The notes beneath the pieces are model-generated. The model saw nothing but the letters and a program-made list of their open reading frames with translations, was not told the origin of the DNA and did no database searches. This document shows, in pieces, positions 9,835-18,817 of a DNA stretch of 45,939 nucleotides. The DNA is taken from NCBI GenBank assembly GCA_016839745.1, contig JAEOTS010000057.1:1-45939 (forward strand), read 5' to 3'. This DNA is from Promethearchaeota archaeon. Its GTDB lineage: Archaea; Asgardarchaeota; Lokiarchaeia; Sigyniarchaeales; SOKP01. Positions within the stretch are counted from its first letter, which is position 1. Each line of letters begins with the position of its first letter. A program made the position numbers and the translations under genes.

Positions 9835-10467
9835 TTACTCTTTTTTCAAAAGTAAATAAATTTTTCTTTTTTTTGGGCTATTTGGATTATCGATAATAAA
9901 ATTTCCGTTAAAATTCGTGTTTTTAGCTATAATATCTCCAATATTATCCAAAACAGTTTTATTTTTTGGATAAAATTGAATAACTACTTTCCCTTTTGGC
10001 TTCAGAATCGTATAAAACGATTTAAAAAGACTAATTAAAACCAAATCCTTTTTTTTTAGATTTGAATCCTTGTAGATCCATTGTAAAGCTGAAATAGAAA
10101 TAATTGCATCGAACATGCTCGGTTGAAATGGAGGAAAACACATATCAGCAAGAATTGGATTTAAATCTTTGATATCATAAAACTTGAGAAAACCTGAAAT
10201 GATGTCAAGTGCTATTGTCTTGTGTCCTAATTCATCCAAATAAATTGACACAAATCCAGGACCACAACCAGCATCTAGTATTAAAAAATGATTCTTTTTA
10301 AGTTCCAATATTTCTAATGCTCTCAATGTAATCTTTCTTTGTGTACGCATTATGGACTTAGACTTGGCATACATAGAAAGAGTTTCATTAGTATAGTAAT
10401 CTAAAACGCTCTCAAATAATTCTTCTGGCCTTTTTCGTTTGACATTAAAAAAATAATCATCGCTCAA
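9835..10467 (-). CDS. bud23: Bud23/WBSCR22-like SSU rRNA guanine-N7 methyltransferase
   Basis: Motifs RPEE, ITLRALEIL, ILDAGCGPG, FDAIISISALQW, QFYPKN, IDNPNSPKKRKIYLLL match the order and content of eukaryotic Bud23 motifs. Confidence 0.85.
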   Translation of the reverse strand: MSDDYFFNVKRKRPEELFESVLDYYTNETLSMYAKSKSIMRTQRKITLRALEILELKKNHFLILDAGCGPGFVSIYLDELGHKTIALDIISGFLKFYDIKDLNPILADMCFPPFQPSMFDAIISISALQWIYKDSNLKKKDLVLISLFKSFYTILKPKGKVVIQFYPKNKTVLDNIGDIIAKNTNFNGNFIIDNPNSPKKRKIYLLLKKE

Positions 10468-10607
10468 AATGAATATGCCTATTTAAATTGCTTGACTAAT
10501 TGATACGGAGAAAGCTTTCTTAAATTAGTTTATAAATCAAAAATTTTATTAGAATTTAAATATTTAATATTTCAATTAGCTTTAATTTTTGACATTTCAA
10601 TTTTTTA

Positions 10608-10919
10608 ATGGTGAAACTGTTGTCTGAAAAAGAAGAAAAAATAGTAGTCAGAAAAGCAACGCTTAATTTAAGAAGAAAATACGGTAGAACTAAGCAAATA
10701 AGTATTGTAGAAAGAGACGCTTTTATCCCTAGCTCTATAGAAAAAGAGATTAGAGAGTCTCTCTCCAAGAGGAAATCAATATTGGCATCTGACATAGCTC
10801 TGAGGTATGATTTAAGAATCTCAACCGTAAATCTATTATTAAGACAATATGAAGAAGAAGGTATAATAAAATTATTAGATCCTAAGTTAAAATTAAAGAT
10901 TTATGTTCCTAATTCTTAA
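10608..10919 (+). CDS. rps25e: 30S ribosomal protein eS25
   Basis: Basic 103-aa wHTH: SILASDIALRYDLRISTVNLLLRQYEEEGIIKLL...LKIYVP. Confidence 0.75.
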   Translation: MVKLLSEKEEKIVVRKATLNLRRKYGRTKQISIVERDAFIPSSIEKEIRESLSKRKSILASDIALRYDLRISTVNLLLRQYEEEGIIKLLDPKLKLKIYVPNS

Positions 10920-11002
10920 TATTTATACAATTGAGTATCCCTCGTATAAAATTTCATACTTATGTTTGTAAACTTTTGGTAATTCAATAATTAAAGGTTT
11001 TA

Positions 11003-11017
11003 GAAAAAAATTTATAT
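11003..11017 (+). promoter_or_regulatory. BRE/TATA promoter of the tRNA gene
   Basis: Purine run gaaaaaaa followed by TTTATAT about 37-43 nt upstream of the tRNA 5' end. Confidence 0.5.
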
Positions 11018-11053
11018 TTCTTTGAACTAATCCTAATAATATACATTTTTTAA

Positions 11054-11158
11054 GCAGATGTAGCCTAGCTGGTAAGACGCCGGCTTCGAGAGTAATACTT
11101 AATTTCCGTTAAAGCCGGTGCGCGTGAGCGCTCGGGGGTTCGAATCCCTCCATCTGCG
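11054..11158 (+). tRNA. tRNA-Ser(CGA) with 22-nt intron at 37/38 (11091-11112)
   Basis: Acceptor GCAGATG/CATCTGC with G discriminator; anticodon stem CCGGC/GCCGG; anticodon CGA at 11087-11089; long variable arm GCGC-GTGA-GCGC; T arm GGGGG-TTCGAAT-CCCTC; CCA not encoded. Confidence 0.93.
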
Positions 11159-11193
11159 TTATTATCGAAAGAAATAAAATAAAGGTTATTATA

Positions 11194-11442
11194 ATGCCTG
11201 GTAATATTATCGTCTTAGGTGAATGGAATAAAGAATTATATTATGAGTCTAATTTTTGCGATAAAATAATTGAGGAAATCGTTTCTCAATTAGCTAATTT
11301 TATTAGATATAATCCTGATGATTTAAAAAAAGAAGTGCTAAAAAAGATTGTAACGAGAGGATTTTCCAATATTCCTAATAAAATAATCGGACCGGTTCAT
11401 TTAAAAGGAGAGGAAGTGGTAACAATTCATCTGAGCTTTTAG
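11194..11442 (+). CDS. hypothetical protein (82 aa)
   Basis: ORF with AAGGT upstream, fills the gap after the tRNA; no motif recognised. Confidence 0.6.
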   Translation: MPGNIIVLGEWNKELYYESNFCDKIIEEIVSQLANFIRYNPDDLKKEVLKKIVTRGFSNIPNKIIGPVHLKGEEVVTIHLSF

Positions 11443-11597
11443 CTAAATTAGGGATTACCACAAAACTAATTAGCGTTATTGTAACTGGAAGTTTGCCGTT
11501 CAGGCTGCTAAATTTAAAATTATTAAATAATTAATTTCTACAAGAAAAGAACTAAACGATTTTATACTAATTCCAAGAAATAAAATGCAAGCTCATA

Positions 11598-12530
11598 TTA
11601 TTGAATTAATTGTAGAATAATAGATTCCATTTGTGCTTTAGCTGACTCTAACTTGTTTAAAACTTCCACCGTTTTTTCTAGATCCTCTTCGTCCTCTTCG
11701 ATAATGAATAATAAATAAAAATCTAAATTCCCAAACTTTAAGCTTTCTACTAAACCAGAATATCTACTACCATCTTCAAATTTATCTGAAAATTCTAAAC
11801 GCTTCCTATTTTCTGTTATTATTTTTTTTTGGGCTTCCAGATATTTATCGTAAATCCGTATTTTTTCTACTAAATGCAAATGTGGTTTATAATATTCCCC
11901 AATTGTTATACCTTTAGAATCAAAGAGAGCCATCAAAATCGAGTTGTAATTTTTACTTATTCTAGAAAACAATCGAGAAACCATTTCCATTTTTTCAAAC
12001 AATAACGATAACCCTGATGAGAAAGCATCCATTATTGACTTAATATCGTAAATTGAAGTCTCAAAGAAAAAAATATCAAAATCATGACTGTACCTTATTA
12101 GAGCATGCTTTATCGTTAAAATCCTCTGATTTATTACCTTTTCTTTTGTAAGTTCTGGATCAAACTTATGAAAAAGAATACACAACGGAGGGTATTCTTG
12201 ATTCTCCTTTAAGAAAAGTAAAATTTGATCGAGATAATCTATCGTCTCAACATAGCGATCGTAATCTTGTGCATCAATAACATAAAAGAGTAGATCAGTT
12301 CCGCTAATGTATTTAGTAGGATTTTTTAAATACTCTTCTCTATATTGTAATTGTCCTCCAAAATCCATTCGAGTAAATTCAATCCCTAAAAATTTAAAAG
12401 CGTCGCGAGCAATTTTGCGTGTCGGCATCAATTTTAGGATCTCTTGTTCGAAACCAAACTTTTTGGTGATAGCTGTAATTATGCTAGTTTTACCCGCATA
12501 ATCAAGCCCGATAAAAGCAATTTTCTTAAT
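11598..12530 (-). CDS. Rag/Gtr-like small GTPase with C-terminal roadblock-like domain; probable ATT start
   Basis: Extending the frame upstream of 12431 recovers the P-loop IAFIGLDYAGKTS; G3 DFGGQ, G4 HKFD, G5 TSIYD; C-domain ILMALFDSKGITIGEY. In-frame TGA lies 3 codons before ATT at 12530; SD GGTGA 6 nt upstream. Confidence 0.85.
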   Translation of the reverse strand: MKKIAFIGLDYAGKTSIITAITKKFGFEQEILKLMPTRKIARDAFKFLGIEFTRMDFGGQLQYREEYLKNPTKYISGTDLLFYVIDAQDYDRYVETIDYLDQILLFLKENQEYPPLCILFHKFDPELTKEKVINQRILTIKHALIRYSHDFDIFFFETSIYDIKSIMDAFSSGLSLLFEKMEMVSRLFSRISKNYNSILMALFDSKGITIGEYYKPHLHLVEKIRIYDKYLEAQKKIITENRKRLEFSDKFEDGSRYSGLVESLKFGNLDFYLLFIIEEDEEDLEKTVEVLNKLESAKAQMESIILQLIQ

Positions 12531-12692
12531 TTTTAATCACCAGATCGTACAACCATGATCCCAAAATTTTCTTTAAAAAATGTCGGAAATAACTCTACAA
12601 AATATTTATAGTAGAAGGAATTAATAAATTCTTACTTTTTAGAGGAATATTGAAAGTGAAATTAAATTAGATTATTAATATCTATAAAAAAA

Positions 12693-12974
12693 TTAACCTC
12701 CCGAAATAGGAAAAGATATATAAAGTTGATCTCCCTCGTTTAACCTAGTCTTATAATTCTTCATGTAAGTTATGTTTCTACCGTTAAGTAAAATTATCAT
12801 TTGTGGGTTTAATTTCTTTTTGTTTTTGGATAGAATGCTATCATCTAAGAGATCTTTATATTCTTTAAGAAATTGGGAAATGATGTCACCTACAGTATCT
12901 CCCTCGTACTGTATTTTATTTTTTTTTACTCTCAACACAAATATGTTTAATAAATTTAAATCCACTTTAACCAT
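12693..12974 (-). CDS. MoaD/ThiS/SAMP-family ubiquitin-like sulfur carrier
   Basis: 93 aa, IILLNGRNI...TRLNEGDQLYISFPISGG with C-terminal GG. Confidence 0.9.
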   Translation of the reverse strand: MVKVDLNLLNIFVLRVKKNKIQYEGDTVGDIISQFLKEYKDLLDDSILSKNKKKLNPQMIILLNGRNITYMKNYKTRLNEGDQLYISFPISGG

Positions 12975-13148
12975 GAAATTTTAGCTCGTTTCTATTGAAG
13001 TATTATATGCTATCTTAAAATTCTATTCCTAATTTGACTCAATTTTAATAAAATAGACTAATTTTTAAGCTTAATTATAATGAAAAATAACAACTTCTAA
13101 AAATTAGCTCTTAATCTCTTTAATATTGGAGTATCTCGAAGACTTTTA

Positions 13149-14369
13149 TTAAAAAATTTTTACTTCTAATCCTTTTTCCATGCTATCTTCAAGCAACTTA
13201 TCAATTTTTAAGTTATCGTATACTTTTTTTAAATTCACAATATCAAATTCTTGATTTTCAGGTTTAAATGGGCAATAATCAATATTTCTTATATTTTTAG
13301 ATATTTTCAACCTTAAATTATTTATCTTTCCTTTACCAAATCCTATTACCGGCGTAAAAATTGGAAAGTTAGAAATCAAACTATTAATTCCTAAAGTATC
13401 TAGATCTATTGAGTCAGGACAAAGGCTCGAGCCATTTAAACTTGACCCATCTATACTTGCTCTAATCTTTTTGTGAAAGTGATATTTAGGATTCATAAGA
13501 ATTTTTGAAAGAATTTCAAACCTAATTAATCTGCAAATGCCACAAAAATATTGCTTATCAATTAAATCTGAACTGATTTTCTTAAGGATATTATGAATAT
13601 CGATTTTTATTAACTGAAATCGACTATATGGTACATATTCCCCTACTTCTTTCCAATTAGACAACCAAATTTCGTTGTCAGCTTTATCTTTTTTAATATC
13701 AATTAATACAGGATATATCTCTGAACCTCTTCTCAATAAAAGAAAACCCGCAATTAAATCGTTTAATCTCCCTATATCCATAACAAGCATCTTCTTTTGA
13801 GGTTCTATTGGCAAACCACCCCATTTACTTTGAATGACTTGAGAAAAAATATAGCAAAAGTCTCCTCTAACTTCTATATAGATTTGTTTTTTGGGTTGTG
13901 TGAGATTAACCTTTAAGTTATGATTTGGAAAATTATCGATAATGGCTTTTCCCACAATTTGAGCAACTTCTATTGAAGTATAACTATGATTTCCAGACCT
14001 TTTCACCCTAAGCGCAAAAGTATCGTTCTTATCCAGCACTTCTTTCGCAACCTCAATTGTTCTTTCAGTAATGTTTTTAAGGTTGTCTGATGTCCTAATT
14101 GCTGGGCTAATGGAATGCACGCCAAATGCATTCTTTAATATATTTATCGCATTAGGGATATATTTATTATTAAAGAAGAAAAAGACCCTTGACGAATCTT
14201 TACTTATCTGATATTTGTTAAATGGTATTCCTTTTCGCCTAAGGATATTTTTTATGTTACTCATTAAGTACTTCAACATACGAATTTTGACTTTCTGTGA
14301 TTTAAGCCAAATCTCCGCATATCGTATTAATACCAAATTATACTGTTTTAGAAAAAGGCTATCTGCCAT
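13149..14369 (-). CDS. ThiI-like THUMP-domain tRNA sulfurtransferase homolog with degenerate PP-loop
   Basis: LIRYAEIWLKS, TFALRVKRSG, LKVNLTQP, IEVR, GGLP, CGIC; the expected SGGxDS is replaced by DIGRLND. Start placed at MADS (14369). Confidence 0.8.
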   Translation of the reverse strand: MADSLFLKQYNLVLIRYAEIWLKSQKVKIRMLKYLMSNIKNILRRKGIPFNKYQISKDSSRVFFFFNNKYIPNAINILKNAFGVHSISPAIRTSDNLKNITERTIEVAKEVLDKNDTFALRVKRSGNHSYTSIEVAQIVGKAIIDNFPNHNLKVNLTQPKKQIYIEVRGDFCYIFSQVIQSKWGGLPIEPQKKMLVMDIGRLNDLIAGFLLLRRGSEIYPVLIDIKKDKADNEIWLSNWKEVGEYVPYSRFQLIKIDIHNILKKISSDLIDKQYFCGICRLIRFEILSKILMNPKYHFHKKIRASIDGSSLNGSSLCPDSIDLDTLGINSLISNFPIFTPVIGFGKGKINNLRLKISKNIRNIDYCPFKPENQEFDIVNLKKVYDNLKIDKLLEDSMEKGLEVKIF

Positions 14370-14385
14370 AATATTCAAATAACGA

Positions 14386-15981
14386 TTAAATTAGAATTGT
14401 TAAATAATAATTACCAATAACTTTTACTTTTCCAGTTCTTAAGTTATGTTCTTTCAATACAACTAATCCTTTCTTATAAATCTCTATTTCAATAAAAACC
14501 TCATCAAAATACTTACCTTCTAGGTTTCCACTGTTGGAAAAAATAGTATTTTCAATTTTAACATTAAAAGATATGCTCGGTGAAGAATTTAACACCAGAT
14601 CTATTTGTGAGCTGGCAAATTGAGAAAGAACGTCACCAGAATCAATTAATTCCGTTCTCCACACGCTTAACGGAGTAGGTATTAAATTATGAAAAAAACA
14701 AACTCCAAATAATTTCTGGTGACTAAGCGATAATACTTTATCAATAAAATCTTTTAATTTTTTTCGACCTATAAATCCATCCTTTGAATCTAATGTGGTA
14801 GAATTCATTCCCTGAAAATAAATTTTATCATTCTCGTACAAAGGATTAAATTCTCCAAAATAATGTTTCCAATATTCCCAAGCGAGAGGTTTAGAGTCTG
14901 TATATCCAGGAACAACTAGGTATGGATGCTCCAATTGACGGAGTTTTTCCTTCGCTATTTTAAATTCTTCCTTAAAACTGTTATTAGTTAGATTACCATT
15001 ATGAACGACTAAGTCTACTTCGTCAATTTTATTAATTTTCCCTATTACTCTATCTAAATTACTAACTTCGCCCTCAAACTGCTCTGAAACTAAGGAATTT
15101 GATAATTGGATAAATCTAGCAATAGGTTTCTGGTTCTTTTCTATTTGTAATGGAATGTAGTAGTTTACTTCGCGCAGAATTTCGCGCGTAGAATCTGAAT
15201 CTAAAACAGGGATCACTTTAAAATTAAGATCACTACCTTCAATATCAATTACAGAATAAGTAAATAATTCTCGATACCTTGTTTTATTACAAGAAAAAGT
15301 TCCCGCATTAAAAATGAAAAGATCTTTATCACTACTACTTACAGTATAAAGATTAGATGTATGGCGATGGCCATTTAAAACTAAGTCTGCTTTTGCCTCT
15401 AAAAGCATTTTAAGCATGTCTCCAGAATCATCTATAGCCGATCGTTCTTTTCCCGTATAAGGGATAGGTATTAATTGATGATGAAAACAAATAACTTTAA
15501 ACTTATTTTCTCTTGCTGGTTTTTCTAACTCTTCTCTAACCGAATTTATTATATTATGGTGAATAATCCCTCCAGGCAGATCAGGTTTTGTGCTATCAAT
15601 ACCGAGAATATAAATATCTTCATCTTCATATGCATAATGTCTTCTGCCAATCATTTCCTCAAATAATAAATAGCCTACATTCATAGCATCGTGATTACCG
15701 ATTAATACCATTATTGGACTTTTCGATATTGGATCAAATTTCTTAAATTGCTCTAAAGCATATTCATAATCCAGCAGGGTTCCCAAATGGGTGATATCTC
15801 CTAAGTTTAGGTAGATAGATGCGTTTTTAATTTTATTAATTTTTTCAATTCCAACGTTAAAGGCGTGAAGATTAAAAGCTCCTGCAGCATGAGTGATATG
15901 CGTGTCAGATATTATTACAAGTCTCTTTTTCGACTTTAAATTACTTTGAGTATTAATTTTTAAGCTTTTTTCGGTCGTCAT
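14386..15981 (-). CDS. tandem calcineurin-like metallophosphoesterase (active plus degenerate domain)
   Basis: Domain 1 has ISDTH, LGDIT, GNHD, HH, GHRH; domain 2 has LSNSL, NGNLT, GYTD, HN, NSSP at the equivalent positions. Confidence 0.85.
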   Translation of the reverse strand: MTTEKSLKINTQSNLKSKKRLVIISDTHITHAAGAFNLHAFNVGIEKINKIKNASIYLNLGDITHLGTLLDYEYALEQFKKFDPISKSPIMVLIGNHDAMNVGYLLFEEMIGRRHYAYEDEDIYILGIDSTKPDLPGGIIHHNIINSVREELEKPARENKFKVICFHHQLIPIPYTGKERSAIDDSGDMLKMLLEAKADLVLNGHRHTSNLYTVSSSDKDLFIFNAGTFSCNKTRYRELFTYSVIDIEGSDLNFKVIPVLDSDSTREILREVNYYIPLQIEKNQKPIARFIQLSNSLVSEQFEGEVSNLDRVIGKINKIDEVDLVVHNGNLTNNSFKEEFKIAKEKLRQLEHPYLVVPGYTDSKPLAWEYWKHYFGEFNPLYENDKIYFQGMNSTTLDSKDGFIGRKKLKDFIDKVLSLSHQKLFGVCFFHNLIPTPLSVWRTELIDSGDVLSQFASSQIDLVLNSSPSISFNVKIENTIFSNSGNLEGKYFDEVFIEIEIYKKGLVVLKEHNLRTGKVKVIGNYYLTILI

Positions 15982-15982
15982 A

Positions 15983-16726
15983 TTACTTTGTTTTTTTTAA
16001 TTTTGCAGGATGCCCCATATAAAGTGAATCTTCTTCTAAAACAGCGTTATGGTTTGTGTAGGAATGAGCCGAAAGTCTCACATTTCGTTTTACGAGAGTA
16101 CCAGGTAAAAGAACGCATTTTGCTCCGATAAGTACATCGCTTTCAACTTTAACCTTTTTCAAAATAAAATTATCTTGTTCAATTCCAAAACTCAAAACCG
16201 AAGAGTTCATCCCTATAATAACATTTTTACCAATTGATACAAACTCTGAAGATATCCAACTATTATCACAAATTGTTTTTTTACCGATTTTTACCCCAAA
16301 AAACCTTAATGTAAAACGATTTTTAAACCATGGAAATGGATTTGACGCCATAACATATAGCGGCCACTTTTTGATAATATTTCGGATGTTCCAAAAAATG
16401 TAGTCTCGATCCTCTAGGGACCTCTTAAAATTTCCTTCTTTTGGAACATGAATAAGATTTACTACTTTTAAAATTAAAAATGAAGCCAGAATTGCACTAA
16501 ATTGAATTATATAAATTGCCACTAAAAAATTTAAAGGAACAAGTAGAAAAAATACCCAAATGAAGGTCTCGCTCCAGAAGTAAGTAAAGTACAAATATTC
16601 AAAAAGAGAGCATGGAATAAAGCTTAGAATAATTATCAATAAGTATAATATTAAATACTTATTTCTGATTCTTTCATCGATAGGAGCTGGCGATTCACCC
16701 TTTAAACTTGCTGGTTGAAACAACAA
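15983..16726 (-). CDS. membrane protein with C-terminal hexapeptide-repeat (left-handed beta helix) acyltransferase-like domain
   Basis: Two TM helices, then RFFGVKIGKK, VSIGKNVIIG, VLIGAKCVLLPGT, YMGHPAK; SD GGAGG before TTG. Confidence 0.8.
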   Translation of the reverse strand: MLFQPASLKGESPAPIDERIRNKYLILYLLIIILSFIPCSLFEYLYFTYFWSETFIWVFFLLVPLNFLVAIYIIQFSAILASFLILKVVNLIHVPKEGNFKRSLEDRDYIFWNIRNIIKKWPLYVMASNPFPWFKNRFTLRFFGVKIGKKTICDNSWISSEFVSIGKNVIIGMNSSVLSFGIEQDNFILKKVKVESDVLIGAKCVLLPGTLVKRNVRLSAHSYTNHNAVLEEDSLYMGHPAKLKKTK

Positions 16727-17596
16727 TCATTCCTCCTTTAAATTTAATTTTGTCCCATTTTGTCTTTCTTTAGATACTTCGATCCCTTCTTTCACTTTCA
16801 CAGCTTTTTGATGAGATTCTTCTACTGATTGAATAGGTAACGTAATACTTACTGGAGTACCCACATGAATTAAATTTCCTTCTAAATTCTGGTTTATTTT
16901 CGTGTAGCTGTTTACTCCTAATATAGCAAAATCCTCCATGACTGTTCCCGGTGAGATTATAGTATGCGGTCCTACTACGCACGCTTTTCCGATTTTCACT
17001 TTTTTAATAAGCACTTTATCTTGATAGATCAGGTGCGAAAAAATACAGATATTTAACGAAGTCATAGTAAAATCACCTATTTCCACAAATTCCGGATCGA
17101 TGTATCCTTCGTATAAAACAACACTTCTCCCGACTCGTGTGCCAAAAAATCTATAAGCAATTATGTCAAGCCAAGGTAAAGGCAATGCTCGTGCCAACCA
17201 AATAGGAAAGAATGCCGTCCAGAACCTTCTATGCATATATTTCCAATCTTTACTACCTCTTTCATATACCCCCTCTTTAGGTTGTGAAAGTTTGTTTAAT
17301 ATCCTGAATATCCCCGCCGAAAATATAATGATTGTAAATACAAATAGAAAAACATTACCATATATGTTTAGAGGAAGGAGTAACCAATAATACCATTCTG
17401 CTTTTAATCCAAAGGAATAAAATTCTGATCCTGTCAAGAGATAATATAAGCTATTTATAAACCACAGATTCACAAAAAACAAAACTAAGCCCCCGATAAA
17501 TAACTGCACAATTATTATCAAAGAGAAGGGAGTTTTGTAGACTCCAGATGTTGATATAAATCCCATTTCAAATTTAGAATCTTCTTCTCTTTCCAC
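16727..17596 (-). CDS. membrane protein with C-terminal hexapeptide-repeat acyltransferase-like domain
   Basis: Two TM helices, then RFFGTRVGRS, VEIGDF, VKIGKACVVGPHTIISPGT, HVGTPV; paralog of the downstream gene. Confidence 0.8.
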   Translation of the reverse strand: MEREEDSKFEMGFISTSGVYKTPFSLIIIVQLFIGGLVLFFVNLWFINSLYYLLTGSEFYSFGLKAEWYYWLLLPLNIYGNVFLFVFTIIIFSAGIFRILNKLSQPKEGVYERGSKDWKYMHRRFWTAFFPIWLARALPLPWLDIIAYRFFGTRVGRSVVLYEGYIDPEFVEIGDFTMTSLNICIFSHLIYQDKVLIKKVKIGKACVVGPHTIISPGTVMEDFAILGVNSYTKINQNLEGNLIHVGTPVSITLPIQSVEESHQKAVKVKEGIEVSKERQNGTKLNLKEE

Positions 17597-17783
17597 ATAA
17601 ATTCACAATAAACTGATGAATCGCTATTATTATATTATAACAACCGTAAGATAAATAAATTTTACACAATTGTTATTATAAAATATTAATTAATTATAAA
17701 ATAGATTTTTAAAACAGATCCATTATATATTTTATAATATAATAAAAAACAACCTACAAAAAAAATCAATAATCATACAGAGA

Positions 17784-18683
17784 GTGAGAAAAATTTCGAT
17801 AGATTGGCAAAAAGCTGAAGAACATCCAGATAAAGGCCAGAAAGTTGAAGGCCGCTTCCTATTAGATTTGCGAGCTAAAGTTAACGATTTAGAGAAGCAA
17901 CTAACTGATACGAAAAATGAGTTAAATAGAACGCAGAGTAATCTTAGATCTACTAGCGAAAGCCTGGAGAGTACAACAAATGATTTAGAAAGCACTAAAT
18001 CCAGCCTTGATAGCACTAAAGCGGAACTTGGAGATACTACATCTAAACTAGAACAAAGGTTAACTGAACTTGAAGAGAAAACGAAATCTAATGCGAATTT
18101 AAATTCTGAAATTGAAGGGTTAAACGCTAATCTCGAGAGCGCAAGCTCCAAAGTAAGCGAACTTGAAAGTAAAATTGAGGAACTTGGAACTACTATCTCA
18201 GATCTCTCTTCTGAACTAGAAGATTCTAAAACTCAAATAAAAGGTTTTGAAAACACAACTTCAGAGAGTAAAGAACAAACTGACAAGTTAACTGCAGAAA
18301 TTCAAGAATTAAATAACAAGCTAACCGTTACTCAAGACGAAAATACCTCCCTAAACAGTCAATTAATGGAATTGAATAATATATTGCTCCAAAAAGACAC
18401 TAAAATTCAAGAATTAACCGATTCGATGGATGATAAAGAGAAGTTAATCAGTGCTCAAACCGCTCATTTAGAAGAAGTTGAGAGCGAATTAGGGGAATTA
18501 AAACCTCCAGAGTTGGGTACGGGTGGCTTTGCTAGCGAAGAAAGAACTACATGTCCCATGTGTGGATCCACCGGTGGTTCAATTAAACAAATTGAAGATA
18601 AAACAAAAGTCTTATCGTACGTTGGGCACATACCCATGTACGCTAAAAAACACGTATGTAAGAAATGTGGTTACGAATTCTGA
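17784..18683 (+). CDS. long coiled-coil protein with C-terminal Zn ribbon
   Basis: About 210 aa of continuous heptads; terminal CPMC...CKKCGYEF. Confidence 0.85.
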   Translation: MRKISIDWQKAEEHPDKGQKVEGRFLLDLRAKVNDLEKQLTDTKNELNRTQSNLRSTSESLESTTNDLESTKSSLDSTKAELGDTTSKLEQRLTELEEKTKSNANLNSEIEGLNANLESASSKVSELESKIEELGTTISDLSSELEDSKTQIKGFENTTSESKEQTDKLTAEIQELNNKLTVTQDENTSLNSQLMELNNILLQKDTKIQELTDSMDDKEKLISAQTAHLEEVESELGELKPPELGTGGFASEERTTCPMCGSTGGSIKQIEDKTKVLSYVGHIPMYAKKHVCKKCGYEF

Positions 18684-18817
18684 TTTTTTTTATTTAATCT
18701 TTTTATTTTCTTATCTATTTTTTTAAACAAATCTTAATCTCATTAAAAAATTAACTCTGTATTATCCAAAATTTAAATCTAAATTAAATTTAAAAAAAAA
18801 TTTAAAACATATTATTT

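Noticed and set aside
11054-11158. Possibility that the tRNA is tRNA-Sec
   Set aside because: Anticodon is CGA with a standard 7/5 acceptor/T fold, i.e. tRNA-Ser.
11442-11474. Hairpin GCTAAATTAG/CTAATTAGC downstream of the 82-aa ORF
   Set aside because: Short, AT-rich and bulged; cannot be distinguished from chance or a simple terminator between convergent genes.
17732-18151. 139-aa antisense ORF with Leu/Ser periodicity
   Set aside because: Mirror of the coiled-coil heptad codons on the opposite strand.
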